From contig CAUYUJ010000059.1 of NCBI GenBank assembly GCA_963575745.1, forward strand, positions 62,001 through 126,000: a stretch of DNA of 64,000 bases, read 5' to 3'. The notes under the pieces are model-generated. The model saw only the letters and a list, made by a program, of their open reading frames with translations. It was not told where the DNA came from and did not search any database. This document shows positions 37,467 to 52,333 of this stretch, one piece after another. This DNA comes from Prorocentrum cordatum. Its lineage: Eukaryota. The position numbers and the translations under genes were made by a program. Position 1 is the first letter of the stretch, and every line of letters begins with the position of its first letter.

Positions 37467-38829
37467 TGCAGGGGCCGCCTCCGTGGAAAAACCTATTCAG
37501 GCCGCCATGGCGCCTGAAACGGGCTTCCAGCGGGCCGCGGGCGTCGAAAAACGCATTCCCCGCCATCGTGCCTTCGCGCTCCGATCTCAATTTTTTTGTT
37601 GTTTTTTAGCTGGGTTCGGTTTCTGACCGCCCTGGGGCTCGGAACGGGCCTCCAGGGGCCGCCTGGGTGGAAAATTGCATTCCCCGCCCTCCTGCCTTTG
37701 CTGCTGCGCTCCGCTCCCCAAGCGTGGAGGAGGAGGAAGAGGAGGCGGAGGAGGAGGGCGAGGACGAGGTTGGGGGAGGAGGAGAATTATGAGGATGAGG
37801 AGGATGAGGATCAGGAGGAGGAAGAGAGGATGAGGAGGAGGATGAGGAGGAGGAGGAGGAGGAGGAGGAGGAGGAGGAGGAGGAGGAGGAGGAGGAGGAG
37901 GAGGGGGAGGGGGAGGAGGAGGAGGGGAAGAAAAGGAAGAGGGGAACGTCGTCGACGACGACGACGATGATGGTGATGATGATGATGATGAGGATGATGG
38001 TGATGCTGATGTTGATGATGATGATGATGACGACGACGATGATGATGACGGTGACGATGACGATGGCGATGGCGATGTTGATGATGATTATCATCATGTT
38101 GACAATGATGATGTTGACGGGCACGGCGATGATGAAAATGATGATGAGGATGGTGGCCGATGGGGATGAGGAAGGACGCCCTGGCGGTTTTCTGGGGCTG
38201 TTTTCGAAGGGTATCGGAGGTCATCTTGGGTCCTTCCAGAGGCCTTGTTGGACCCGTTTGGGGCTCTTTTGGGGCCGTCTTGGGCCAGGTTTGGGCTCTG
38301 TTGGGGCCGTCCTGGGCCGTCCATGGGGCCTGATGGGCCGTGCGGAGGACACCCTTGGAATCCGCTGTCCTTGTTGGGAGTTTCCGACACGTGTCGTCGA
38401 CATTCGTTTTGGTCGTCAGCAGAAGGAGGAGGAGGAGGAGGAGGAGGAGGAGGAGGAGGAGGAGGAGGAGGAGGGGGAGGAGGGAGAGGAGGGGGAGGAG
38501 GAGGATGTGCGTGGAAGAGGAGGAACGTGGGATGAGTAGGACAGACCAGGGGGGAGGGGGAGGACGAGGAATGATACCGAATGTGGAAGACTGGGGTGGA
38601 GCCGTCGATCATCGCCGCTGACGTGGTCTGTCGCGCGTGCGCCGCCCCCTGGGGCCACGGGGGGTGGGGGGCGAGGAGGAGCAGGACGAGGAAGAGGATA
38701 ACGACAACAAGGCTGATGATGACGATTATGCTGATGATGAGGAGGGTGAGGATAAGGAAGAAGAGGAGTTGCATGATTATGAGGATTTGGGCGGACGAGG
38801 AGCAGATGAGGATGATGAGGACCACGATG

Positions 38830-41390
38830 ATCCCTACAGGGATCCTGTAGGGTCCCTGTAGGGATCCATAGTGATCCTCTAGGGCCCCTGTAGGGATCTA
38901 GAGGGATCCCATCTGGCCCCTCTGTTTACAAAAAGCTATCCCATAGGGTCCCTGTAGAGGTCTAGAGGCATCCTATTGGGTCCCTGTAGAGATCCAGAGG
39001 GATCCCTATAGGGTCCTTATAGGGATCTACAGCGATCCCATAATGTCCCTGAAGGGGCCCACAGGGATCACATAGGGTCCCTGTAGGGATTTGAGGGACC
39101 CCATGGGGACCTTGTAGGGAGCCCCAGGGATCCCATAGGGTCCTTATAGGGATCTACAGCGATCACACAATATCCCTGTAGGGATCCAGAGATCCCATAG
39201 GGTCCCTGTATGGGCCCACAGGGATCCCACATGGTCCCTGTAGGGATCCACACGGATCCCATAGGGTCCCTGTAGGGGTCGACAGGGATCCTATCCGGTC
39301 CGCGTACGGACCCACAGGGATCCCATATGGTCCTTGTGGGGATCCACAGGGATCCTATCCATAGGGATGCTCTAGGATCCCTATAGGAATCCATAGGGAT
39401 CCTCTAGGCCCGTTGTAGGGACCCATAGGCATCCTATAGGGCCCCTGTAGGGATCGATGGGGATCCTCTCGTACCCCTGCAGGGATCCATGGGGATCCTC
39501 TAGGATGCAGGGATCCATAAGGATCCTCTCGTATCCCTGTAAGGATCCATAGGGATCCTCTGGGATCCCTGTAGGGGTCCACAGGGATCCTCTAGGATCC
39601 CTGTAGGGGTCCACAGGGATCCTCTAGGATGCTTGTAGGGATCCATTGGGATCCCCCGTAGGATCCCTGTAGAGGTCCACAGGGATCCTCCAGGATCCCT
39701 GTAGGGATCCACAGGGATCCTCTAGGATCCCTGTAGGGATCCATAGGGATCCCCTTGGATCCCTGTAGGGATCCATTGGGATCCTCCAGGATCCCTGTAG
39801 GGGTCCACAGGGATCCTCCAGGATCCCAATAGGGATCCATTGGGATCCTCCAGGATCCCTGTAGGGATCCATTGGGATCCTCCAGGGTTCTTGAAGGGAT
39901 CCATACACAGATCCTCTAGGATTCTTGTAGGGATACAGATCCTCTATAGGGATCCACAGGGATCCTCTAGGATGCTTGTAGGGATCCACAGGGATCCTCT
40001 AGGATGCTTGTAGGGATCCACAGGGATCCTCCTCTAGGATGCTTGTAGGGATCCACAGGGATCCTCTAGGATGCTTGTAGGGATCCACAGGGATCCTCTA
40101 GGATGCTTGTAGGGATCCACAGGGATCCTCTAGGATGCTTGTAGGGATCCACAGGGATCCTCTAGGATGCTTGTAGGGATCCACAGGGATCCTCTAGGAT
40201 GCTTGTAGGGATCCACAGGGATCCTCTAGGATGCTTGTAGGGATCCACAGGGATCCTCTAGGATGCTTGTAGGGATCCACAGGGATCCTCTAGGATGCTT
40301 GTAGGGATCCACAGGGATCCTCTAGGATGCTTGTAGGGATCCACAGGGATCCTCTAGGATGCTTGTAGGGATCCACAGGGATCCTCTAGGATGCTTGTAG
40401 GGATCCACAGCCTCTAGGATGCTTGTAGGGATCCACAGGGATCCTCTAGGATGCTTGTAGGGATCCACAGGGATCCTCTAGGATGCTTGTAGGGATCCAC
40501 AGGGATCCTCTCAGATCCCTGTAGGGTCCTTGTAGGGATCCAGAGGGATTCTATAGGGTCCCTGTAGGGATCCACAGGGATTCTAGAGGGTCCCGTAGGG
40601 GTCTAGAGGGTCCCTGTAGGGATCCACAGGTCTAGAGGAGGTCCCAGGGATTCTATAGAGTCCCTGGAGGGATCCACAGGGAGTCTATAGAGTCCCTGGA
40701 GGGATCCACAGGGAGTCTATAGAGTCCCTGGAGGGATCCACAGGGATTCTATAGAGTCCCTGGAGGGATCCACAGGGAGTCTATAGAGTCCCTGGAGGGA
40801 TCCACAGGGATCCTATAGAGTCCCTGGAGGTCCCTGGAGGGAGTCTATAGAGTCCCTGGAGGGATCCACAGGGATTCTATAGAGTCCCTGGAGGGATCCA
40901 CAGGGATTCTATAGAGTCCCTGGAGGGAGTCTATAGAGTCCCTGGAGGGATCCACAGGGATTCTATAGAGTCCCTGGAGGGATCCACAGTCTATAGAGTC
41001 CCTGGAGGGATCCACAGGGAGTCTATAGAGTCCCTGGAGGGATCCACAGGGATTCTATAGAGTCCCTGGAGGGAGGGATTCTATAGAGTCCCTGGAGGGA
41101 TCCACAGGGATTCTATAGAGTCCCTGGAGGGATCCACAGGGAGTCTATAGAGTCCCTGGAGGGATCCACAGGGATTCTATAGAGTCCCTGGAGGGATCCA
41201 CAGGGAGTCTATAGAGTCCCTGGAGGGATCCACAGGGATTCTATAGAGTCCCTGGAGGGATTCTATAGAGTCCCTGGAGGGATCCACAGGGATCTATAGA
41301 GTCCCTGGAGGGATCCACAGGGATTCTATAGAGTCCCTGGAGGGATCCACAGGGATTCTATAGAGTCCCTGGAGGGATCCAGGGAAGAGT
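38830..41390. repeat. 32-bp satellite (11+10+11 GGATCC-type subunits)
   Basis: Homogeneous blocks GGGATCCACAGGGATCCTCTAGGATGCTTGTA (~39945-40510) and GGGATCCACAGGGAKTCTATAGAGTCCCTGGA (~40650-41380). Confidence 0.97.
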
Positions 41391-42106
41391 CCTCCTAGAG
41401 GGTCCCGAACGGATTCCGATGGGAATCCGTAGGGAGCTTGTAGGATTCATACAGAATTCATACAGAATTCATACAGAATTCGTTGTGTTGTGTTGTGTTG
41501 TTCCCCCCCCCCCCCTCCGACTCACCGGGGGGGCGGGACCGGCCTCCACCACTGTGGCGGACGCGGGAAGTGAAGCCCCGGACCCCGGGGGGACCATGCC
41601 GGCCTGTACCTTGTTGCTGTTGTTGTTGCTGTTGTTTGTTGTCGTCGTCCCCCCTGCGACCCACCCGGCGACCCACCCGGCGACCCACTTTGCGACCCAC
41701 CCCGCGACCCAGCCCGCGACCCACCCCGCGACCCAGCCCGCGACCCATCCGCGACCCACCCCGTGACCCGCCCGCGACCCACCCGCGACCCACCCCGCGA
41801 CCCACCCCGCGACCCACCCCGCGACCCACCCCGCGACCCACCCGCCACCCACCCTGCGACCCACCCCGCGACCTACCCGCGACCCACCAGCGACCCACCC
41901 GCGACCCGGTTAGTGACCCACCCACGACCCACCCGCCACCCACCCCGCGATCCACCCATATTGATTTAACAAAAACCGGCGCTTGCGGCAGGTTCATTGC
42001 ATAATCTGTGGAAGTTAGGCGCTTGCGGCGGGCTTCTTCAGAGCCTCGCAGATTGACGACGTATTCGCCGCCTCCTCAGTATTGTCGGCAACTGCGGGGT
42101 GCTACG

Positions 42107-42159
<53 letters not shown>

Positions 42160-42162
<3 letters not shown>

Positions 42163-43400
42163 TGCCAAACCCTCGGTACCCGCCCTCTTCGCCTTCGATC
42201 GCCCCCCCAGGGACATATCTTCCTGACCTGCCGCGTGTAATTGGTGCAGCCCCTGAGACAAGGGAAGAAAGGACGGATGGAAGAGGGAAGGAGAAGGATG
42301 GAACACGGTATTAGCAGGAGGGGGGCGAGGAGCAGAAAGCACGTGGCAGAACCAGACGGGCCCACCGGGCGGGTAGACCGTAACGGGTGGGTCGGGAAGG
42401 CGGGCCCAAGCGGCCAGGTCGAGAAGGCGTGTTGCTGAGCGCGATTCCCAAGTAAAGCGTGGGAAAGAGCATAGCGAGAGTGTGATCCCTGAGTGTCGAG
42501 GGCGCGGCCTCTGAATAAAAGTTGCGAGGAAGTCCCACGCGAGAGCGCGACTCCTGCATAATTTGTTAGGGCGTCCCGCGCCAGGGCGCCTTTCTGCAAT
42601 ACATCGTGAGGAAGTCTGAGGCGGGAGCCGTTGTTGTTGTAACTCGGGGGCCAAGGGTCTAGTCTGGTGACCCTTCACTTCCCCTTGTAAAAAACAAGGC
42701 GCGAGCCCTGGGAAGGGCACTTCAATTGAAAAAACAATGTGCCCGGAGGAGGGACCAACAATCAGTGTTTTCAAGCAAACGAGACTGCGTCCACGACAGC
42801 AGCAGCACAACCAACAACAATACCACCAACAACAAGACGAGTACAAACAACGACAACAACACCACCAACAACACCAACAACAGCAGCAGCACAAATCATA
42901 GTATCAACAACGGCAGCAACAACACCAACAACAACAACCTCGAAATCAGCAGCAACAACAACACCAACAACGACAACACCACCAACATCAACAGCAGCAA
43001 AAACAACAACAACAACCACACTAACAGCAGTAACAACAGCACAAACAAAAATAATAGTAACAACAACAACGACGACGACAACAACATCAACGACAACCTC
43101 AAAAACAATAGCGACAACAACAACAGCAGCAACAACACCATCAACTGCACCAGCAACACGAGTACTAACAGCAGCACCCATGAACAACAGCAGCAGCAAC
43201 ACAACAACAACAACAACAACAACAACTACCACTACAACATTACTGGCAACACCAGCAACACATACAATACAAACAACAACAGCAACAACAATGTAAACAA
43301 CTACAGCGACCGGAAGAACAGCAGCAACAACACCAACAACATGAGCCACGACAACAACACCAATAACAACGGCAACAACAACAGCAGCAGCAGCACCAAT
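42160..43400 (-). repeat. Diverged inverted copy of the 35030-36200 module, with an expanded (CAA)n-like arm
   Basis: CCCTCGGTACCCGCCC and GAGGAAGTCTGAGGCGGGAGCCGTTGTTGTTGTAA are reverse complements of module motifs. Confidence 0.75.
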
Positions 43401-44786
43401 CCGCACCGCGGAATCCCACTTCAGCTACGCACCCAGTGACAGTGAATGACCTGTTGGCCCCCTTACTCTGATCTTCAGAAGATCGCAGAACCCCTAACAG
43501 ACAGCGCCTGCCCTTCTAGCACGGCTCAACGTGCCAGGAGGCAAGGTGGCGGATCAGGGAGGAGGAGGAGGAAGAAGAGGAGGACAACCAGGAGCAGCAG
43601 GAGGAGCAGGAGGATGAGGAGGATGGGAAGGAGGAGGAGGAGGAGGAGGACGAGGAGGAGGTGGAGGAAGGGTGCCTCCTCCTCTACAGCTGCACATTAC
43701 GAGTACTACTGTCATCTCTCCTCTGACCCTGACTTGAAGTTGTCCCGCACTCTCCGTGTATTGTTTTTTCCCGTAGGATTTCAAACGCTAGTCTTTCTTA
43801 GGTGTCGTTTCCCATCCGAACGTTTTTGGTTCTTCAGAGTTGTGTTCCCGCTGCAGTTCCTGCCTCATTTCCGCGCTTCTGGTCCTTTGCAGCACTGGTT
43901 GAGTTTCCGCGTTTTCAGTCCTTCCGAGTGGTGTTCCCGTTGCAGAGCAGGTCTCATGTCCGTATTTATGGTGCTTCATGGTGCTTCCGTTGCAGAGCTG
44001 ACCTCATCTCCAGAGTGTCGGTCCTCCTGAATGGTGTTCTGGTTGCACCGTTCATGCAGCCATGGTATGTGATCCAATGCGATGTCACGTGCCGCTATTA
44101 TACGATTCCACGCCTTGCTCTGCAATGCTGTGATTTGCAACGCTAGGCTACGCAGTACCATGCCATGCCAAGCCATGCCACGCAATGCTGTGCTATGTAC
44201 CGCTATGCGATGCCATGCCTTGCGCTGCAATGTTATGACATGCATTGCTTGATTGCGCAATGCTATGCCATGCCATGTTTCGAGTACCCTTTGGGGATGG
44301 CTGTCTTCTTCGACATCCGACCGTAAAAGACAAGGGGCCCTACATAATGGTAAGGGATGGGAGGGTGGGGTACGACGTCAGATGTGACCCGACCGCACCT
44401 ATCTTGTTCCCTTCCACTCTATCCTCCCTTTCCACCGCCTCACGCCTCCCCCCCCCTGCCCCGACATCCGATGTCTTGAGTTTGTTCACTGCGGGGCCCC
44501 CGGAAGGCCCGCTCCTTCTGCCAGGGCCAGCTTGCCGTCCTGAGTTTATTTTGGTGGACGGCCCCAGGAGGCCGAGAACCGCCCAAAGGGTCCGCAACGA
44601 CGGGCTAAGAACGCTGAACGTGTCCCCCCCCCCTTCCCTCGCCAAGAAGCTGGCCGTGTCTCAGGAGAGAAAGAAACACACAGACACAATGAATCGTCGA
44701 CTCCCAGGAAGATGTGGGAAAATATGGGAGGTGGGGAGGGAAGACAGGAGCCCCGAACACATTGAAAAATGTGGCGATTCCTGTTA

Positions 44787-46733
<1,947 letters not shown>

Positions 46734-46988
46734 TATTTATCTGTGTGCTTGTTGTGGGCCCCTCCTGTGCCCCATCCACCCCTCCCCCACTCGCGGCGCA
46801 CGGCGGCGACGACGCCGCCCCGTGCGCCCGCCGCGCGGTGCCGAGGCCGCGGGCGCCGACGCGCAGCGCCCGCGCAGCAAGCGGGGCAGGGGCGGCGGAG
46901 TGCCTCCCGAGGGGCCTCCGAGGCGCCGCTGCCGACGGCGACGACGGCGGCGGCGACGGCAACGGCGGCGACGACGACGACGGCAGCG

Positions 46989-47024
<36 letters not shown>

Positions 47025-47200
47025 GCGGCGGCGACGACGAAGACGACGGTTTATGCGACGGCGGCGGCGCTGACGACGACGACGACCGCTCGCGCTCTAC
47101 CTTGGCACACTGCTCGCTGCTCGCCGCTGCTCGCTGCCGGGGTTCGCGCGCGCGGCACCGCGGCCTCCGCTTGAGGCCCTGCTGCTCGACCGCCGAGAAG

Positions 47201-47473
47201 ACGGGTCCCGAAGGGACGAGCTGGAGCGGCGGCCCAGGAGAGGGGACCAGTCCCCGGGGAGCCCCCAGGGGTCCAGGACCCGCTCTCCTCGGCACCCTGC
47301 TCTCTCGGGTCGGACGGCACGGGGCGGGATTGGGAGACGGGTCCTGAAGGGACGAGCTGGAGCGGCGGCCCAGGAGGAGGGACCAGTCCCGGGGGGGCCC
47401 CCAGGGGCCCAGGGCCTGTTCTCCTCGGCACCCTTCTTCTCTCGGGTCGGACGGCACGGGGCGGGACTGGGAG
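47201..47473. repeat. Two tandem 136-bp units
   Basis: ACGGGTCCYGAAGGGACGAGCTGGAGC at 47201 and 47337. Confidence 0.9.
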
Positions 47474-47488
47474 AGGGGGGGGGGGTTC

Positions 47489-47960
47489 GAAGTCTGCGTG
47501 CAGCTGGTCTTGGCCCCGCCGCCAGGCGCTTCCTGTGAAGCATGGCGCCTCTGGCGCGGGAGGTGACGTGGCAATCCGCTACGTGAGCTGATTCGCTAAC
47601 CCGCCCTTCACTACCTAACCCCCCTTCTCGTCTGGCCCGACCTTCCATCTTGACAAGCTGCCGTCACGTTGCATGCAAGGTCTTTGGACGGGCCTCCGAG
47701 TCGCGCGGCGGGCGCGCGCGCGCGCCTGCGCGCCGGGCCCGAACGCCTTAGCATAGCGGAAAAAAATACGACCGTATTGCATGACTTGTGCCATGTTTGT
47801 TACAAGACACCAGATGTCATACCATTGTCGGTCCCCGGGACCATCCGAAAAGGACCCGCGAGGAAAATGGAGCCCTGAAGGGTGGGTTATGAGAAGCGCT
47901 AGGAAGATCAGGTACGGGCGTTCAGGACAACCCCATTTCGGGAGGGGTATTCGCGTGCTC
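47489..47960 (-). pseudogene. pogo/Tigger-like (DDE_1) transposase relic
   Basis: Ordered RPYLIF, TDNGMTS, RPCMQRDGSLSR and GQDQLHADF resemble P.IIF, NGWMT, RP.LL.LDGH.S and QPLD; frameshifted. Confidence 0.5.
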
Positions 47961-48439
47961 TTCATGTCTGGGCTTTCCGCCGCATGGTTCGGCGAGGCAT
48001 GACCCCGAGACGGGGAGATGCTGGCGTCGCGGGGAGGCGAACAGACAAAGCTCTCCCTCCCCCTCCCCCGTCCTCCTCCCCTCCTCCTCCTCCTCCTCCT
48101 CCTCCTCCTCCTCCTCCTCCTCCTCGTCCTCCTCCTCCTCCCTCCTCCTCCTCCTCCTCCTCCTCCTCCTCCTCCTCCTCCTCCTCCTCCTCCTCCTCCC
48201 CCATTCTCCTCCACCCCCCCCTACCCCATCCTCCTCCTCGTCCCCCCTCGCCACGGCGCCACCGCTCCGTTCCTACAGGGACCGCGCCCGGCCTCGGGCG
48301 TCGAGCATTTGGGGGCGAAACGACAAATGGGGGGGGGAAGGTGCACCTTTTGTGCCCTCAAGGGGCCCCCCTGAGGGGCCCTGGGACCCCAAAGAGGCAA
48401 ACGAGAGGTCCACGTTCCCCCCCCCCCCACCCCGAGTTA

Positions 48440-48617
48440 CAGTCGGGGCCCTGAAGAAGGAACCCTTTTTTTGTTGGGGAGGGGCTCGGTGTTCCTTGAT
48501 TGTTTCACAGCTTGCCTCAGGTTTTCCTTGTGTTTTCGATGGGAAATCGAAGTTTAACTTATGGAAAAAAGGGGCCTCGTTCCTTATTTTGGGTTCCTTA
48601 GGTCAAGGCCCCGACCG
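48440..48617. mobile_element. Tc1/mariner-type MITE, 178 bp, TA TSD, nested in a degenerate palindrome (~48294-48645)
   Basis: TA|CAGTCGGGGCCCTGA..AAGGAACCC ... GGGTTCCTT..TCAAGGCCCCGACCG|TA. Confidence 0.85.
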
Positions 48618-48712
48618 TATCGCCCCCCCACTCGTGAACGCCCGACGTCCGCGTCCGTCCCCGGCCTCATCCCCCCCGCCCCTCTGGCCACGCCCTCCCG
48701 TCGGGCAGCCTC

Positions 48713-48892
48713 CGGAGGAATCCTCCGTGGGAATCCTTAGGAACCCCAGCAGTGGCCGCCGCGGATTTCTTCAAGATCCTGAGAAATCCTGAGAAAGATC
48801 TCCTGAGAAGTTCTTCAAGATCCTGGGAAGCGGAATCCTGGGGAGTTCTTCAAGATCCTGAGAAATCCGTGGGGTTCCTAAGGATTCCTCCG
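48713..48892. mobile_element. 180-bp palindromic element flanked by 23-bp direct repeats
   Basis: Perfect inverted pair GGAATCCTTAGGAACCCC / GGGGTTCCTAAGGATTCC; CCCTCCCGYCGGGCAGCCTCCGG at 48693 and 48894. Confidence 0.75.
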
Positions 48893-49277
48893 CCCCTCCC
48901 GCCGGGCAGCCTCCGGCACAGGCAGCAGCAGCAGCAGCAGCGCGCGGGGGAGCCGGCAGGCGGCGCCCGCGCGGGGCGTCGCGGGAGGGGAGGGGGCGCG
49001 GAGTGCCCCAGAGCAGAGCGGCGCTGCAGAGTTTGCTCGCGCCCAGATTGAGCATGTCTTTGAGCAGGGGGAGGAGGAGGAGGAGGAGGAGGAGGAGGAG
49101 GAGGAGGAGGAGGAGGAGGAAGAGAAGAAGGGAGGAGGAGGAGGAGGAGGAGGAGGAGAAAGAAGGGAGGAGGAGGAGGAGGAGGAGGAGGAGGAGGAGG
49201 AGGAGGAGGAGGATATACAACAGTGGCGGATTGCGCAGCCTCAGGGATAGTTGGTCCGTGTGTTCGGGGTGGGTTTG

Positions 49278-49456
49278 ATTCAGCGGCGAGCGAGGGGGGG
49301 AGGTGAGCAGGAGAAGGCTTTCTCCGGCCTCCTGATAGGTTTTCTGTGTCGTGTGTTCGGGGAAGGCTTAGACAACCTCTAAGAAGGCTCGAGGACGTCC
49401 GAGCCTTCTGAGATAACCTTTTCCTTCTCACTTCCCCACCCTTGCTCGCTACCGAT
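49278..49456. mobile_element. Palindromic MITE family (GCGAGCG.GGGGGGAAGTGA-type ends, CTTCTNAGAAG interior); second copy at 56271-56473
   Basis: Inverted ends plus shared interior TTCGGGGAAGGCTT and TCCGAG.CTTCTGAGA; TSD unresolved. Confidence 0.65.
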
Positions 49457-51714
49457 TGATGATCGCACCTCCTGCATTGGTACCTGGGTGTCCTGTCTGA
49501 AGGGCGACGCCCAGAAGGCCGCTTGACTGGCGGCCACTAGTTACTTGGCTGATCTGTTCGAACAATGGTGTGAAGTTCCACAGTGAATGGATGCCTTATC
49601 GATATGATAAGCTAAAGAGGTGAAAGGGATTGTGTGTCCGTTGATGTGAAGAGCGTGAGTAAGGGTGCCCCATGGGGCAGAATTTGTCCCCCCAGGGGGT
49701 CGCGCGCGCGGTTTTGATGAGCAAGTGGAGTTACGGATGTTGTTCTGACAAGCAGGTGGAGTGAGGGGGGTTTCTCATGGTGATGCGGGTGCCGGAGGGG
49801 CAGGATTTGACCGCCCAAGTGGGGCGCAATTTTCTAGAACCAAAGCGCGCGTGCGGTTCTGAGAAGCAAGCGGAGCCACGGGGAGTTGCATTGACCGCGC
49901 TGGGGTCTCAAGTGAAGGGCGGGGGCGAGCAGAAAGACAGAACGGGAGGGCAAACGGTTAGGAGGAAGGTATACGATAAGGGCATCATGAATAGTTGCGG
50001 CACTATTTGGATGGGAGGGTGAGCCGACCAACGCGAAAAGGGGAGGAGGGCAACGAAGAGGAAGGAGGACAGTGGCACAAGAGAGTGGCACGCGGCGGGG
50101 TGACTGAATTGCGAGCCTGGGCGGAGAAAGGGGGCGAACACACTGGATGTTGGGAGAGGAATATGAAGGGCTGGTTCAGAAAAGTTTGCCAGGGTCTGAA
50201 ACAGAGGGCGGGGACGGTAAGGAGGGCAGAACGGGTGGGTAGCCGGGAAGATGAGCGACAGTGAATTGAAGTGGGGCGACTCGGAGGCAGCGGTGCGTGG
50301 GGTAGCCAGGATTCAATCAGGATGGCGCAAGGGCAGGTGGGGTGAGAAACCGTAATGGTTGTGAGAGTTGGGGCCAGGGTCGATGAGAGACTTGGCAGCA
50401 AGCAGAAGGATGGGGTATCGTGACGAGCATCTAGTAAGCGGAACTGTTCGGGGCCTCGTGCGATGGGAGAGCAAGGTGAGGTGGTGGGCCACCCGACGCG
50501 ACGCACGAGGGGAGGATCGACAGGGGGAGAGGAGGCGAGAGACGACCAAGCAGGGCAGGGAGAATCGGTTGGAAGCCGGCTGCACCATGATGGAGGCGGT
50601 CGTGCTGCGAGAGGTGGCGAAGGTAAGTTACTTGGCAGCCGCAAGATGGCAGCGTTCTGAGAGGTGCGAGCAGCAGCGATTGCGGCGAGGTGGCGCGACG
50701 CGGGGTGGCAGTTGCAAGCTTATGCACTCTTGTGCAGTGCGAGCGGCACGTGGTTCTGAAGGGTTCTGGGGAGCCGTGACGGGGGGAGGATGACGAGCAT
50801 GAGCAGCACGAGCAGGAGATCGATGAGGAGGAGCGCCAGAGAAGGTGTCAGGTATTCTGTGGTGGTATGCGGCTCGAGGGGGCTACTGATGGGTGTGCAG
50901 GGTTTCTACTAATGAGGTGGAGGCGGTGGAGGAGGACAAGGAACCCAAGCATAAGGATAGGGAGGATGCATGATGGGGATGAGGAGGGGAACGAGGAGGA
51001 TCAGGAGCGTGAAGTTTGGGAGCTTACAGTGTGTTTGGCTGCTTTTGTTCATGGGGGGGTTCGAGCGGGCAAGGAAGAGAAAGAGGGGGAGGGGGAGGAG
51101 GATTAAGAGCATGAGCATGAGCATGAATGCTATAGGAGCTCCGATCTCTGGTGAAGCCTGGCCTGCATCAAAATGCACTAAACTACTGCGCTACACTGAC
51201 CATGGACAAGAGAATTGCAATGCAAAGCTCCAGCGTGGCGTGAATGCCAGATTCGTCATGGCCAGGGACGCTGGCGGCACACTGTCCGCTCAAGGCCTGA
51301 GGAGCAAACCGTGTCGGCACGCAGCCTGAGACCGTCCCTCCTGGCACCACCAACAAATTGTTTGTGCCCTTTCCTTCCACTGCCACTGCACGCCGGTCGT
51401 TGAAAGTAGGTATTCTTGGACTTCCAGATCCCAATCTACTTCAAGCGCCTTCCTACTTCAAGAATCGACATGATTTTGCTGTGTTTTGCTGTTCTCTGGG
51501 AGGGCCTGGACCCAATCCACTTCATCCGTCTTCCTACTTCATGTTTCTACGTGCTTCTTCCGACCGACGTGTACCTTTCGTTCGAGGCATTCTGGGGATC
51601 TCAGCCAGGGGCCCACCCCACCTAGCTACAGTTCCTCTGCCTCCGCCATCCACGATTTCAGCTATACCGTCACAGTGTCGGCCAGGGCCTGGAGCCACCG
51701 TGAGTGCCGAGCGA

Positions 51715-52289
51715 TGGTGGTGATTATGATGATGTTGATGCTGATGATGGTGATGATGATGATGGTGATGATGCTGGTGATGATGATGATGCTGATGATG
51801 ATGCTGATGCTGATGATGATGATGATGATGAGGAAGCTAAGGATGGTGATGAGGATGATGACGATGATTACGATGACGAGGAGGATGATGCTGATGACGA
51901 TAGTGATGATGATGATGATGATGATGATGGTGGTACTGTTGTTGGTGGTGATGATGGCTCGATGACGACGATGATGCCGATGGTGGTTATGATGACGATT
52001 ATGATGTTGATGTTGGTTTTGATGGTGATGATAATACTGATGGCGATGATGATGTTGTTGTTGATGATGATGAGAATTGTTATTAGCATGGCGATCAGTA
52101 TGATTCGTACTACGCTGGTGATGCTGATGATTACGACGATGCTGATACTGATAATGATGAGTATGATGATGGTTATGACAATGGTGCTGCTGATGATGAT
52201 GTTGACGATGCTGATGATGATGCTGATTATGATGACGATGATGATGATAATGCTGGTGCTGCTCATGATGATGTTGCTGATGCTGATGC

Positions 52290-52333
<44 letters not shown>

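Larger units (their letters stand above)
36331..41534. mobile_element. Foldback-like element enclosing satellites (~5.2 kb)
   Basis: G-run-AACAACACAACACAACACAACG (to 36389) is exactly inverted from 41481; satellite arms are in opposite orientation; no TSD found. Confidence 0.65.

Noticed and set aside
49900..50650. Possible minus-strand LINE endonuclease relic (CAILIES, FIFLSQH)
   Set aside because: The diagnostic GDxN and SDH motifs are not recoverable by eye.
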